Below are positions 23,780 through 38,937 of a stretch of 64,000 nt of DNA, in pieces. Under the pieces are notes generated by a model. That model searched no databases, was not told the origin of the DNA, and was given only the letters and a program-made list of their open reading frames with translations. Source of the DNA: Paraspadella gotoi (taxonomy: Eukaryota; Animalia; Chaetognatha); contig CM119268.1 in NCBI GenBank assembly GCA_051294375.1, positions 4,082,404 through 4,146,403 on the forward strand. Reading direction: 5' to 3'. The position numbers and the translations under genes were made by a program. Numbering within the stretch: the stretch's first letter is position 1; each line of letters begins with the position of its first letter.

Positions 23780-24320
23780 AGAGTAAATGACGAAGCAAAA
23801 ATAGAAAAAAAAACACTTTTTTTTTCAAGTTTAGTTAATTTTTTTCTCCTTTTGGCTTTTGAGTTGTTCTTTGCCTTTTTTTTTTCAAAGTGAGAAATTA
23901 GTTTCACACCTTGTCCAATGTCAACGCCCTCATCCTCTTCTCCCCTTTCCATCTTTATCTCGCGTCTACACAGTGAGAAACATAGAAATGTACAATTGCA
24001 CAAATGTAACATTGTACTCGGGGGGATATTGTCTAAGATGAATGTTTATTTTTTAAGTTTAATTTGTCATCTTTACTTTTATACTTTGGTTAAACTAATC
24101 AGAGTTACAAATGTTTTACCTTAGACCTAATCTAACCATGTACTCGGGGGGGGGGGATTCTCCATGACGAAGGTTTAATTTTTAAGTTCAATTTGTCATT
24201 TTATCATTAATTTAATATTTTGGTTTAACTAATGAAAGAAAAGCCAATCGGGATGGAGAGAAGAAAATTAGTTGGCATCTCTCGGAAAATAATCAACTAC
24301 GAACGATCCTGACGATAGAA

Positions 24321-24361
<41 letters not shown>

Positions 24362-25901
24362 AACGACCCCTACAATGTTAATTCTTTATAAATAATTGCA
24401 ACGACATATCACGCCTATTACTTTAGAATCTCGAGAAAGTGCAAACCTAATTATAAATTTTAAAAATGAAAATAAACGAAATTGTTGCTGTTTTAACTTA
24501 AGCGACGAACAAAAACATTGACAACATGAACGACAACGACTACGACGACGACGACGACGACGACGTTAATATCGGGGACAACAACAACAACAACAACGAC
24601 AAGCCTCGCAGGTGAAACAACGACCGAGTTTTAATTTTCTTGTTAACTCCTCTCTTTTCCTTTGACGTTCGTTTCCCGCGGGGAATTTTCATTCATTGGC
24701 TTCCATTAGCGTCTCTCTCTCTCTCTCTNNNNNNNNNNNNNNNNNNNNNNNNNNNNNNNNNNNNNNNNNNNNNNNNNNNNNNNNNNNNNNNNNNNNNNNN
24801 NNNNNNNNNNNNNNNNNNNNNNNNNNNNNNNNNNNNNNNNNNNNNNNNNNNNNNNNNNNNNNNNNNNNNNNNNNNNNNNNNNNNNNNNNNNNNNNNNNNN
24901 NNNNNNNNNNNNNNNNNNNNNNNNNNNNNNNNNNNNNAAGTCGATCTGCGGCGTCGAAGTCATTTTACGTTCGATCGATCGATGAGTCGAAGACCGCGAG
25001 AGTGAGCCACGCCCACGCCGCCACCTCAATGACGCGCGAGACTTTTCATTCATTCATTCATTCATTCATNNNNNNNNNNNNNNNNNNNNNNNNNNNNNNN
25101 NNNNNNNNNNNNNNNNNNNNNNNNNNNNNNNNNNNNNNNNNNNNNNNNNNNNNNNNNNNNNNNNNNNNNNNNNNNNNNNNNNNNNNNNNNNNNNNNNNNN
25201 NNNNNNNNNNNNNNNNNNNNNNNNNNNNNNNNNNNNNNNNNNNNNNNNNNNNNNNNNNNNNNNNNNNNNNNNNNNNNNNNNNNNNNNNNNNNNNNNNNNN
25301 NNNNNNNNNNNNNTCATTCATTCATTCATTCATTCATTCATTCATTCAATAATACATATATTTATTAATTTATTTTTTCGTTTATTATTTCATTAATGCA
25401 TAGCATACAGTTATGCATTATTTTATATTCATTGTAATTTTTTTTGCCAAACCATCGATATTTCTTTTTTTTAAAGACTTTTTATCTAACTTTGTTAGTC
25501 ATTTAACTTCCATGTTTAGTAATTAAATTTTCGATACAAAACGGAAATAATCAATTCCTTATCGCTTTACCTTCCACTCGACGCCATTTTTTTCTTTCTT
25601 TTCAATTTCGCCTTCGAGTTGTGATTCTCCAGCGAATTCCATCTCGACTAAAACTTTCCTAAGTCTTCTCTCCATCGCTTTCACTTAATCTTTTTTTTTT
25701 GGTCCTCTTTTCCGATAGCGCCTCGTTTCAACTTAAATTCGGAAATAAATTTCTTTTTAGGTTAAATGATTAGAAATTGGATAGGTCGGTCAAAGTAAGA
25801 TGTTGGTCGTAGAATAGAGTGAATCTCGATTGGGATTCATGATTTGAGGTCCTGGCATATCTTTATGCTTACAACAAGGTATACTATATGACATAATAAA
25901 G

Positions 25902-25948
<47 letters not shown>

Positions 25949-26844
25949 AGAGATAACAATAAAGAAAATGTAAAAGCTCTAATTGCCAGTGATTTATAGT
26001 AAAAGTAAAAAACAAAAAAGATGAGAGCAGAGGAGAATAAACAATAGATGAAACCAATTTTACTAGTTTTTCTGAATATTATCAGTAATGGGAAATATTT
26101 ATAAAACTCATACTCATTTCCAGATAGTTTTAACAACAGACTAGACGCAAGACATGATATAAAAAACTATAAATATTCAGGATATCATCTCGGCTGAATT
26201 AAAATAAAGTCGCATAAATTAAAATTAAGTTAAGTTTCAGCTTGTGATCCTCCTTTATTTCCCCCATCTACTTCACGAAACGGACACTGCTTGCTCAAGA
26301 GCTTTTTCGTGGACCGCTGAGGGTGGCCGGTGAGGAATCCTTTTCGTTGCGTGGGAGTTGGTCAAAGAAAGTGACGGATAGTAAAATCTTCATGTCACTT
26401 AGCACTAGAAAATCACGTCTTAGTTCCTTTGTCGATTATGAATCTGCGTACGTGAAGAAGTTGATTTGTTTCTTCTGATGATACTTGTGTTTGGTGTTTC
26501 AACGTTCTCTCAACATATTAGTTTGTAATTACATTTGCGGCGTTTCGACCACAAGACGTCCAAAAATCGCATATTCTCCCATTGTCACGACCAAGGAACT
26601 AAGAATAAAACGATTTCTTCCTCATGGCAACACTCCAACCCCAACCACCGCGTGAAAAGCACAATCTTGATTTCACGAGATTCACAAAAATCTCCACAAA
26701 TTTCTTTTTCTTTTTTCGAAAACAAAACTTGTTTGATAAAATTTTATATCGCTTCCATAGCAGACAGCGTGAGTCGCCCAGAACATTGAACGCATAATAA
26801 TTCAAAGGGTTTGTTCTAAATGAACTCAATTTTTTATCACAATA

Positions 26845-29130
26845 GCATCGCAGAAAATAACAAATCCTAACTCAAAGTAAGAAACGGATCGGAGGATCGG
26901 GAATCTCCGCGCCGTATGGATTCGCCGAATCATGAATTGGTCGAGACGGAATCGGAACTCGACCAATCAGCTTGCGAAACATAGAAATTGTAAAATAGCC
27001 CATGCCTCTGATCCTCTTCTCCAGATATAAATAAGACATAGCTTTCTTTAGAATATATCAGTAGAAATTGATCTGACTCCTGTGTGTGTCTCACCGTCAT
27101 TGTAAGTTATTACTCAAGATAAAATCCCGTTTGATTTCGACCATAGAAATCCATGAGTTTTTTCCTTCGATGTGGTGGGACAGGACTTCTGGCAAGACTC
27201 ACCACTCCTACCGAAAAGCCGAAGCAACAACAACGACCACAGCCACCCACCAATGGACCCCGTACCTTCCACCTCCAACTTTCCGCCGACGCCGGAAAAG
27301 ATATACCCACCCATCCCGGCACCCAAAGGGAAACTGGATGGATTGGAGGGACCCAAACAAAACGAAGCCAAAACTCTTAACGACGATGACGGGTAGCAGT
27401 GAGGAAGAAGATGATTTAATCGCACTTTCAAACTGCCACGCGAACTGGCCAACACTGCAGACTAAACCCACGAAAGAAGAGAGTCAATCGCAAAAACAGA
27501 TGATGCAAATCGTAACATATGATCGGCAACATCAAAAATCAAAATAAAATTGATGCTCTCGGCAAAAAGAAATGCAAGCCAATGGATGCACAATAAACTC
27601 CATGACGCGACACATGTCCGGGGGACACAAAATTAATGCCATCCTCGCCAAAACTGGATATTAAGACGGAAGGAACGCCCCCACCGACCAGCGTCAATCT
27701 ACCCTACATTAACCGTGCAGCGCTCCACATGTCGTGATGCCCGCGCAACGAAGTGTCCTCGACCGACCAATCCGTGGCGCAGATCAAAGCCCCCGACGAC
27801 GCGGATCGGAAAGGCGGCGTCAGCGAACGCCCGGCTACAACCGCCGTCGCGAATCGCCGATCAAATTGGAAAAAAGGACGAAGAACGAACCCCTGAACAA
27901 TACACTCAGAATTTATACCAGGCCTAACAAAACTCAGCGGCGCCACCCCAACAAGATCGACTGAAAACAACTCCGAGCCATCCCTCGCCAAGACAAGGAA
28001 GCAACGAGATTCACGATCGAATAAACAACAGCCGCTGGCTTGGATTAGAGCCATCTTCGAGGCTTCATCCCCTAATCCGATAGCCGAGGCGGACAAACTG
28101 GCGACTCTCTCTGTCGATCCTTCAAATCACTCCAGATATGGAATTGGCCCCATCGTACAACGAAGGACTCTCGAGAAGTACGAGAAGATCCGAGAAAAAG
28201 ATAAGGCTTCCATCCCCGATTATGCCGCACACTCCCTTGTAAGGGCCTTGGAACCCTCATGCACGGCCATAACCACCAAGAACCCTGGAAATGGAACTTA
28301 CCTGCTGGAACGCCAACAGTTCTCCGAGCTAGGCAGAAGAAGATTTGATACAGGCTCAAAGGAATACTTGACCAAAAAGTGACGCCACCAAAGGACTTGA
28401 AAGAGCAAGGAAAACTGTCAGTACGGTGCTCTGGTGGATGAACAAAGAAAAGCTTGGTCAGCGCCCTCGTCAACCAAAGAAGAGGCCTCCCGACCAGGAT
28501 TCAACGACGCCAGCGGCAACAGCATTCTATCCAAGGAACCATGCTCCAAGAATTGAACATGTTAACGAGTTCAAATAAAGGGAATTAAGCGCCACAATAG
28601 GAAAACCTATTTACGCGTTTTCAACGAGCGATCGCGCGAACGCGCCGGAACGACCACCGCTACGACGATGCCGACACGAACGAACCGGCGCTAACGATAA
28701 CCGCCGCGGACGATCGCCCCAGGACAGCATCGCCGCTACGATGGAAAGAAATTCGAAAAGAATACTACATCGAAGGGGAACTTGGAAAAACGAAAGGGGC
28801 CGTTATTATGGCAAAAACGACGACAAGAAGGAAAGAGAGATTTTCAAAGATTCGGAAAAAGGCGAGATTTTGGTTTATGTAAATGATAAATTGGAAAATG
28901 ATTCCACTGACGATGCTCTTTTGTTGTAATAATAAGAAAATTTGTATTATATACCCTTTGTATTCATAAAAGAAAGAAAACAGTCATATAGTCAATCGCC
29001 TAGCAAGCTTATCAGACGCTGGGCCATAAGATAAACTCAAAGAAAGCAAAAATTGAAAAACAAACAGGACATCATTAGAATAAAAAGCTTGGCAGAGAAT
29101 TGTAACAGTTTTTAAAGGTAAATCCACCCG
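26845..29130 (+). mobile_element. GC-richer degenerate coding segment, possibly a retroelement ORF1/gag remnant
   Basis: Composition shift. Absent from the paralogous block, which diverges at ~46031. Broken frames include C-K-x-NGC-TINSMTRHMSGGHK (zinc-finger-like) and ITTKNPGNGTYLLE. Confidence 0.3.
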
Positions 29131-29202
29131 GCAAGGATGCACAGCTACTCAAATACATCACACGAGATGAAATTAGTNNNNNNNNNNNNNNNNNNNNNNN
29201 NN

Positions 29203-29286
29203 CCAATTTTCTCTCGCGCCAGACTTACCTCTGACAAACTGACCTTTTACACTTCGTTTTCTGACCTGATTAACCCCGAACGCTCG

Positions 29287-29345
<59 letters not shown>

Positions 29346-29669
29346 CATCCCCATCAATTCCACTATGTTGTGAACTATGGCATTCATTCATTCATTCCTT
29401 CATTCCTTCATTCATTCATTCATTCATTCATTCATTCATTCATTCATTCATTCATTCATTCATTCATTCATTCATTATGTTAATAAAAATATCACGATGA
29501 ACGAATATTAGTTAATTAATTATTAAACAATCTTTTGTTTTTAAATTTCTTCCTTTCTTCGGCAGAGGGACGCCGTCTTCCCCTAATCTTAGGCGAGATT
29601 CTCGTAAAAACAAAAACAAAAGGATTTTTTTTCCTTCTCATTTAGAAGAAACCAATTTTCTCTCCGCGA

Positions 29670-29701
<32 letters not shown>

Positions 29702-30690
29702 ACAGTGACGAAAGCGACGACGACGACGGTGACGACGACGACGACAAGGACCCATGACGAAAGATGACGGCGATGACGACGAAAATAACGACATCGACGA
29801 CGACGACAAAAACAAAGTTGATGTCGACAACTGCGACGATGACGAAAACGATGACAGCGACGATGACGATGGTGAAGATGACGACGAAAAATACGAAGTT
29901 TTGGACGACGATGACAAGGATGATGACCACAAAGACGAAGATGACGACAACTACGACAATGAGGACCACAGCAGCGGCGACGACAAATACGACGACGACG
30001 AAAATAACAACGACGACAATTGTTCTACTACGTCGGAAAAGACAACGATAAACAAGGAGGAAAGGAAACGATTAAAAAGGAAAACAAATCTGGAATAATT
30101 TAATTTAAAAAAAAAGAGAGAAATGGAACCGAGAAAATTCATGGTTTTTCTTTCATGTCTTCAGGAATGTTTTAGTATTTATTAGCCTCGTTCATAAGCG
30201 TTCAACCGTAATCTCTTTTCACTCTCTCTCTCTCTTTGACTCTCTATTGCAATTAACACCTGAGATGATTCATCCCAATTTTCATTCCTTGACGTTTCCA
30301 TTTCTTTCGATTTTCTGTCATTTTCTGTTTTTTTTCATACATTTTTTTAGTTGCGTCGATTTGTCGGTATATCTTTCTATCTCTCCGTCGGTCTGACCCA
30401 CTCACGTTAAAAATGCTCATAACTAGGTTAATATTTCATTAATTATGTTCATATTTGGTAAGAAGTTAAGGTCACATAGGATCTTTAACTTGCACATATA
30501 TAATACTTTCGAAGCCACTTGAACACTAAAAAGCGATGACATGACCCCAAATTTACTGCAACCTAATTTTCGTGGCTCTTTTGTTATTTTCACAGACTCA
30601 AATCTAAGTGACTACCAGAACTCCCTTGTGTTTTTAAATCGTATAAAAATAAAGAATAAGGACGTATTCTGATTCTGTGTGTGTCGAACC
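29203..30690 (+). repeat. Block duplicated at ~39062-40630; contains (TC)n, (ATTC)n and decayed (GAC)n
   Basis: Colinear match with indel noise. Confidence 0.9.
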
Positions 30691-33600
30691 ACAGAGAGAG
30701 ATTGAATAACAAGACTGTTAGAGAGCTTTCAGGGAGCTCTTCTGGTCATTATCTTGTAAGAGTGATGGAGGCTTAAACCACCAATCTGTCAAAGTCAGGG
30801 AAAGATAGTTATTTATTAAATGAATGGATAATTTTATATGGTTTGTAGCTATTATAAATTAGTGAAATGATTAAATACTACGATTTTGAAATGCGGAATC
30901 CGAAACTGGTCAGAAATGAAACTGGAGAAGAAATTATTTTGAAGATCTGCAAAACGAGGATATCTGTCTTTGCCTTAAATTGGGCATTGTAAGATATTTT
31001 AAAAAGCAAGATGGTATATTTAAGATTGGCGTTTGCCGGCGCAGTGTCTGCTTATCAGGGTTTTCTTTGACTTAACATGAACAACTTGAATGACTATAAA
31101 TAACTTTCTTAGCCGTAATATTTCTGACATGCGCTGGCATTCGAAAAATTTTGTTTTTCATTCTTAGTTTCCTGTAGAAGGCGGCGCGAAGATCCTTAGA
31201 TTTGATGTTTTAAATTCTGTCTTTGACTACATATGCAAGTTTATGAAGCTTTTTAAATGTAGTGGGACAGAACAACGGACAGACAGTACCGAAATGGACC
31301 AACAGATCGCCGACCAACCAAAGTGACTCATTGATGTTGCCCACGATTACTCGTGGCGCAACTAAAATGATGACTAGGTAATGAAGGAAGTTGCTTTGGG
31401 TGTCTTGATTTTTTTTGCACAGTCTGTTGATCTTTGATGCGCATTAAATTGGTACGTAATTCGGCCACGGTTAATAAGGAAGGAAAAGTGATTTTTGATT
31501 AATTCTGAGTTTGAATTAATCTTGACGCGCTAAACTTATTTCCTAAATTAGCAACAAAAATCATAGACGTATGAAATGCCGCGAAGTTATATCATGTTAA
31601 TCATGACACTTTTCGGGCGGTGAAACAATTGTTTACTACGGTCGATCTGTTGTGAGTCTGTGAGGAATATAATCATTTTAGCTTATGCAAATAGTATTAA
31701 ATATTTTTTAGACATTGGAAGTACGAATGCATTTGATTATAGCTTTTAGTAATTAATTCTAATTTTTTTAATTTTCTATTATTATTTTTAAAAGAAATTT
31801 AAATATTTACACGTAGGATTTTCACTATGTTTAAATAATTTACTTACAGAGTTATAACTACTTCCTAATTACTTTTTTCTTCGCCATTAGCAATATCAGC
31901 AATGGATTTCTGGCCTGCACTTTTCAACTCTCTCGTTGCGGTCAACATTAAGCAAATTTACAAACTAATAATTACTAAAAAATCTTTACATCCAAAGTCC
32001 TGCAATCTACATTATATTAATAATTTATCAAAAGTATACTTTTAAAACGGTTTAATTACAAAAATATGAAATTAATTTTCATGAAGCTGGTGTTGAGAGA
32101 TAATTTATAATAATTCATTTTAATCGATTTCTTTTGACTTGATTGATCTCACCGACTTGATTATTGAATAAATTTTATTGATTTAGATTGACTGACAAAT
32201 GAATTTTGATGACAAACATAAACGGGCTACATTTCATTTTGGGAATTTTTAATCTATTATTAGTACAGTAGATATAGCTTACTGTGCCCAGATTGTATAA
32301 AACAAGATTTACCAATAATTTTTATTTGAGTTTTTGATCTTTAGGGAATCGAAATATGTTCAGCAGAAAACCAGAGGTTAAGATGGATTTGTTAACGTGA
32401 TAAAGGGAGACGGAGTGAACGAGTGTCGAATCATGAACTCAACGATGAAGCCAGTATTAAGCCTTGATCTAAGAGTCCTAGGGTAGCGGAGAAGACAAAG
32501 GAAAGAAATTGGCAAGAGAAAAAAAGGGAGGAAGGAAGGAAGGAAAAGGAAAGGAAGGAAAACCAGGAAAGAGAAAAAGTCAAGGATGAGTCTTGGAGGA
32601 TGGGATTTAGCCTCCCGGATGTGAGGCTTTCGAGGTCAAGTCGATGTCGGATGGAACGAGTTCACGAGCGGAGGAGGAAACAGAGTGGAAAAGACACAAG
32701 AATAAAACAAAGAATAGGAGGAAAATGAGGAAAGAAAGGGGGAAAGAAGGAAACAGAGGAGAAGACAAAGAATAAAAAGGAATATGGGATGAAAGGGAGA
32801 AAAGGAAAGGGGAAAGAGAAGACAGAGTGGAGAGACAAGGAATAAAAAAAAAGGAAGATGGTGAAAGGGAGAAAGGAAAGGGGGAAAAGGAAGAACAGAG
32901 TGGAGAAGAAAAGGCATAAAAAAAAAGGAATAGGAGGAAAATGGAGGAAATAAACGGGGAAAGAGGAAACAGAGTGGAGAAGTCAAAGGAATAAAAAAAG
33001 GAATATGAGAAAATGGGAGAAGAAAAGGGAAAAGAGGAAACAGATGGAGAGACAAGAAAAAAAAAGAAAATATGGAGGAAAAGGGAGAAAGGAAGAGTGA
33101 AAAGAGGAAAAAGAGTGGAGAAGAACAAAGGAATAAAAGAAAAGGAAAGAATGTGGAAGAGGGAGAAAAATTAGAAGGAGAGGATAAGAAAAGAGGGGAA
33201 GGATGATAAATTATTTCTTTTTTAAATTTTTAACGATTTTCTTTTCTCTTATAGTACGTACAACTTGTTTTTTCTCATTTTTCCCCTTTTTTTAACTTTC
33301 CTCCATTTTCTCTATTTATATATTCAATGTCTTTTCAAAAGTAGTGAAGAAAGATAATTGAAATTATAGTAAGAAGAGTGTAGGAAAGTTAAAAAAAGGG
33401 AAAAGAAAGAAAAAACAAGCTGTACGTACAATAAGAGAAATAGCAAAAATGTAGAAAATTTAAAAAGCAAAAATTTAAAAAGTGAAAATAAGGGAAACGA
33501 AAATTAAACAAATGGCTAATGCATTTAAATACGAAACAAAGAAGTAAAAATATATAAAAAATATAAAAGAACAAGAAATAAAAAATAAATACTAAAGACC

Positions 33601-34589
33601 GATTGTCAAATTTAAATCCACTGGATTCTTAATACTTCCATTTTTTTCCACGTTTCCGAGTCGCGCTCCACACTTATAAACTAATTATTCTTTCTTTGCT
33701 AATTATCTTTTTTTCGTTTTTCCTATTTAAGCGTCGGATCTCCATCGGCATAGGACGGGCGTCAGAAGCGAGAAAAAAGAAAAGAAAAGAAAAACAAGAA
33801 AAGATCGAAAAGGGAGAGAAATAGAAAGAAAATAAAGGGAACAAAAAAAGGAAGAAAGAAAAAAAAGAAATAAAAAGGAAGGTAATGAAAATGAAAAAAG
33901 AAAAAAATAAGTAAAGAAAGAAATTAATAAATAAAAAAGAAAAGAGGAAAAAAAGAAAGAAAGATAGAAGAAAGAATAAAAAAAAACCAATGAAGAAGAA
34001 AAGAAAAAAAAAAAATGTGACGAAAAAGAAGAAAAATAAGAAAATAATGAATAAAAAAAATAAAGAAAGCAAGCGCAAATTAAATACGAGAGAGAAAGAG
34101 AAAAACGTCTTTAACAAGTGTGAAGAGACAGAAAAAAAAAAAAAAAGAGAACCGAAAAGAAAAGAAAAAAAAGGAAGAGAAAGGTTGTGATGGAATCGCG
34201 ACTGGGGAACGAAAAATGAGAAGAAAAGTGAATGAATAAAAATGATGATGAGCGGAAAAAAAATGAAATGAGGAAAAAAAAAAAAGATCAGAGATGCAGA
34301 AAAATTCAGGCGCAAGGCTGGGATTGATGGCGGAAACGAGACTCCTTTCCTTTTCTATTTTAAATTTATTTATGAAACAAGGGGTTTTGAAAAACGTGAG
34401 GGGAGTAAGGGGTTTTTTTTGAAAGTAGGGGAAAGTGTTTTCCATTTTATGATTTCACAGGTGAGGCTATGTTTTTTATGCTCAATGGGGGTCGAGAAAG
34501 ACGATTAAAATTTAGAAAGAATTGCGCGAAAGTGTAGTTAGAGATAAAAGATTTTGAAATGAACATGAGAAAAAAAGAAAAACAAAGAG

Positions 34590-34625
<36 letters not shown>

Positions 34626-36579
34626 GAGAGAGAGAGAGAGAGAGAGAGATGTGTTCATGGCCTTTATGATATGGCAAGAGATAGATGAGGTTTGATTTGG
34701 GTGATACCTGAATGCAGGCTTAGGAAAGGAGTAAGTAAATGAGGAGAAAATGTGTGGCAAAAGGTCAGGAGCGTGAGAAACGAGTGAGTGGCGTGAGTAG
34801 CGTGAGTGCGTGATCGATCGGAAAATAGCAATTAATAAAGTCTATATGTTGATCAGATTAGAGAGAGAAAATAAAGGAAACCGTGGCGCGTGGGTTATTC
34901 TATACGCGCGCGTGGTAAAGTTCTAAAGGTGCGAGAGTCAGTCGCCTCAGCGGGAGAGAGAGAGAAACTACCTCGGTCGATAGGTGAAGAGATGAGACGG
35001 AAAAGGAAAGGCTTCAGTCGAACGGAAAGGGTAAGTGAGATCGCGGTGCGAAGTTTATCGGGGTAAGTTCTCGCTTCGTGTTTGTCGCTCGACGTTATAG
35101 GGGGGCCTCGACGAGGCGATGCAGCGTTTAACAGGCGATGACTGAACAAATCGTGGCCAGAGAGAAAAAGGAGAAAGATGTGATACGAGTCGAAGAAAAA
35201 TCCTGTAGCCGACAGGCGTTGATCTGACAAAATTAGAAGGTGACAGCACCCCCATGACCAAATGAATTAAGCGTGATAGAGCATGACAGTTGACAGGCGC
35301 GCCCGAAAAATTCATAGCTGAAATTCGTTGCCCCACAAATAGGTTCGTTCCGACTAAATAGGTGCTCAACAGGGCCCTGACAAATAGTAGCCAAAGGCCC
35401 TGCAAGTTCATAGCGGATGTATCATCGCCAACAACGAAGCGAGGAAGAATTTAATATTCAATAAATAGTTGTACAGCTTGACTCACTAATTATCATAAAT
35501 AAAATGGCAGATTTTTTCTGTCATCTTTAAATTAAAATCATGATTCTTTTTTTAAATGAAAAATAAAAGTTTCCCACGTCTCTCTCTCTCTCTTTTCTTT
35601 CCCTCTCTCTCTCGTCTCTTTTTTTCGGGTGACCGTGCCATCTCCATCTTCGCACTGCGCGTTGAATTCCTTATTCACATCGAATGATGGATGGCTTTGG
35701 TCGCTTTTTTTATAAAGAGGGATGTAAATAGGATGAGTCAAGCACCCGATGAATAGAGAACGAAGAGACCTTATCTCCCATATCGCAGCGTAGTCTGTCG
35801 CAGTATATGAATAACATTCATAAAAGCGGGTCAGGATTGTCAAAACTTATTAATTGAACGAATCGATATTTGTCCGCATTTATCGTTTGAATATGGTGTC
35901 AAAGACGGAATTGATCAAAGAAATATGTGTGAACAATTACAAGGGGTTCTCTTTTCAATACAGGCCCCAAATGTAAAAGTATATTATATTTACACACAAT
36001 CCCTAGACCTATTCTAACCATAATCCTTACAACTAACCTAATTCTCCTGGAATATTTGAACCCTAACATCTAACCTTTTAAACCTAAGCACTAACCCAAA
36101 TACCTAACCTAATGAATTAACGAAATCCGTAATCTTAATCAATAATCTAATCATTAACCTCAAACCTAATTTTGTAATTTAACAAAAAGATTAATCTAAA
36201 TGCGATTTGAAATAACATGGGCGTTCTGTAAATATAAGTGCCAAGATATGGAACGAAAATCTGTTCGATTTAGTTAATGTAGTAAATCAAGTATTTTTTG
36301 GCAATTTCATACTCAACATATATAAGTATTGAGAAAAAAACAAACGAAAAATAACACACACAAATCCCGGGTATAGAAAGAAGTAGAAAACCGGATAGTA
36401 ATTGAATCAAGAAAGACAAAACAACGGGGAAAAAGACGAATTAGCCTTTTTTTTTTCCTTTTCCTCTTTGCGATAATATCTCTAAAAAGAGGGAAAAAAA
36501 GAGGAAAGAGAAAAAAATGCTCGAGGGTGAAAAACTGTAGTATGAGTGGAACCACAGAGAGAGACAGAGCGAGAGAGAG

Positions 36580-36636
<57 letters not shown>

Positions 36637-38897
36637 CGAGAGAGAGAGAGAGTAATGACGAAGCAAAATAGAAAAAAAAACAACTTTTTTTTTCAAGTTT
36701 AGTTAATTTTTTTCCTCCTTTTGGCTTTGAGAGGCTGTTCTTTGCCTTTTTTGTTCAAAGTGGAGAATTAGTTTCACAACCTTGTGCCAATGTAACGCCC
36801 GCCCACGCTCTTTCTCCCTTACATCTTTATCTGCGTCTTACACAGTGAGAAACATAAGGAAATGTACAATTGCACTAAATGTAAGCATTGTACTCGGGGG
36901 GGGGATCTTTGTCTGAGATAAATGTTTTATTTTTTTAAGTTAATTTTCATTTTACTTTTATAGCTTTGGTTAAACTAATTCAGAGTTAATAAAATGTTTT
37001 TTAACCTTAGACCCTATTCTAACCATTTACTCGGGGGGGGGGATTCTCCAATATGAAGGTTTAATTTTTAAGTTCAATTTGTCATTTTATCATTAATTTA
37101 ATATTTTGGTTTAACTAATGAAAGAAAAGCCAAGTCGGGATGGAGAGAAGAAATTAGTTTGGCATCCTCTGGAAAGATAATGAACTACGACGATCCTGAG
37201 ATAGAAACGACGAGCGACGACGAATGACGACCGACGACGACGACGACGAAACGACGACAACGAGCGACGACGCGGACGACGACAACGACCCTACAATGTA
37301 ATTCCTTATAAATAATTGCAACGACATATCACACGCCTATTACTTTAGAATCCGAGAAAGTGCAACCTAATTATAGAATTTAAAAAGATGAAAATAAAAC
37401 GGAATTTGTTGCTGTTTTAACTTATAGCGACGAAAAAAACAATTACAACATGAACGACCAACGACTACGAGACGCCGACGACGACGAACGTTAAATATCG
37501 GGGACAACAACAACATACAAAACGACAACCTCGCAGGTGAACAAAGACCGAGGTTTTTAATTTTCTTGTTAAACTCCTCTCTTTTCCTTTGACGTTTCGT
37601 CCCCGCGGGGAATTTTCATTCATTGGCTTCCAGTTAGCGTCTCTCTCTCTCTCATCTCTCCTCTCTCTCTCTCTCTCTCTCTCCTCTTCAATCTCTCTCC
37701 TCTCCTCTCCTCCTCTTCTCCCTTCTCTCTCATTCTCGGTGGGGCTTCTCGGAAAGAGCGCGCGGCCAAAGGAGGCCGGAAAAGTCGATGCTGCGGCGTC
37801 GAAGTCATTTCGTTCGATCGCATCCGATGATCGAAGACCGCGAGAGTGACCACGCCCACGCCGCCACCTTCAATGACGCGCGAGACTTTTTCAATTCATT
37901 CAATTCATTATTCATTCATTTATTCAGTCATCTTATTCATTCAATTTATTCATTCATTTATCATCATTTATTCATTTATTCATTCATTCATTCATTTCGT
38001 TCATATCATTTATTCACTTTATTCAATTCATTCATTCATTCATGCTCATTCATCTCATTCATTAATTCATTCATTCATGCATTCATGTCATTATTCCATT
38101 TCATTCATTCATCAATCATTCCTTCTTCATCATTCATTCATCATTATTTATTCAGTTCATTCCATTCATTCATTCAGTCATTCATTATTCATTCATATCA
38201 TAATACATATAATTATTGATTATTTTTTCGTTTAATTTATTTCATTAAGCGATAGCATACAGTTATGGCATTATTTTATATTGCATTGTAATTTTTTTTT
38301 TTGCAACCATCGATATTCCTTTTTTTTTTAAAAAGACTCTTTTATTCTAACTTTGTTAGTCTTTTAACTTCCATGTTTAGTAAATATAATTTCGATACAA
38401 AACGGGAAGCAATATCAGATTCCTTAATCGCTTTAAACCTTCCATCTTCGACGGGGTCCATTTTTTTCTTTCTTTTCAATTTCGGCTTCGAGTTGTGATT
38501 CTCCCCCAGCGAATTCCAACTCGACTAAAACTTTCCTTAAGTCTTCTCTCCATCGCTTTCCACCTTAATCTTTTTTTTTTGGTCTCTTTCGATCAGCGGA
38601 CTCGTTCAACTTACAATTTCGGAAAGAAATTTTCTTTTTAAGGTTAAATGATCTAGAATTAGGCATTAGGGATTTGGTTAGAGTTTTGTTTCAGGACTCA
38701 CCACCCCATCTCCCACCTCATCTCATCCTCACTTCACGACTCATACATTAACGTCTGGTCTCTTGTTTCCATCAGATGGCATCTCTTTCGGTTACCAGCG
38801 CCAACGAACTCCCGGTTAAGCCTCATTCGTCAACCGACACTCTCTCTCTCACCCACTTCTTCTCTCTCTCTCTCTCCCTCTTCTCTTCTCTCTCTCT

Positions 38898-38937
<40 letters not shown>

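Larger units (their letters stand above)
17849..25775 (+). repeat. ~8 kb block duplicated at ~30704-38660
   Basis: Colinear throughout. The second copy carries dense 1-2 nt indels. Confidence 0.92.

Noticed and set aside
24729-25313. ORFs spanning N runs (also ~44.8 and 62.3 kb)
   Set aside because: Artefacts of assembly gaps.
29589-30098. Asp-rich ORF resembling an acidic biomineralisation protein
   Set aside because: Decayed (GAC)n repeat that is open in several frames. Frame is not kept in the duplicate at ~39570-39960, and similar tracts occur at 24.3, 58.9 and 61.7 kb.
33674-34315. Phe-rich or Lys-rich ORFs (also 19.7-21.2 kb and 56-57.5 kb)
   Set aside because: A/G low-complexity tracts that lack stop codons by composition.
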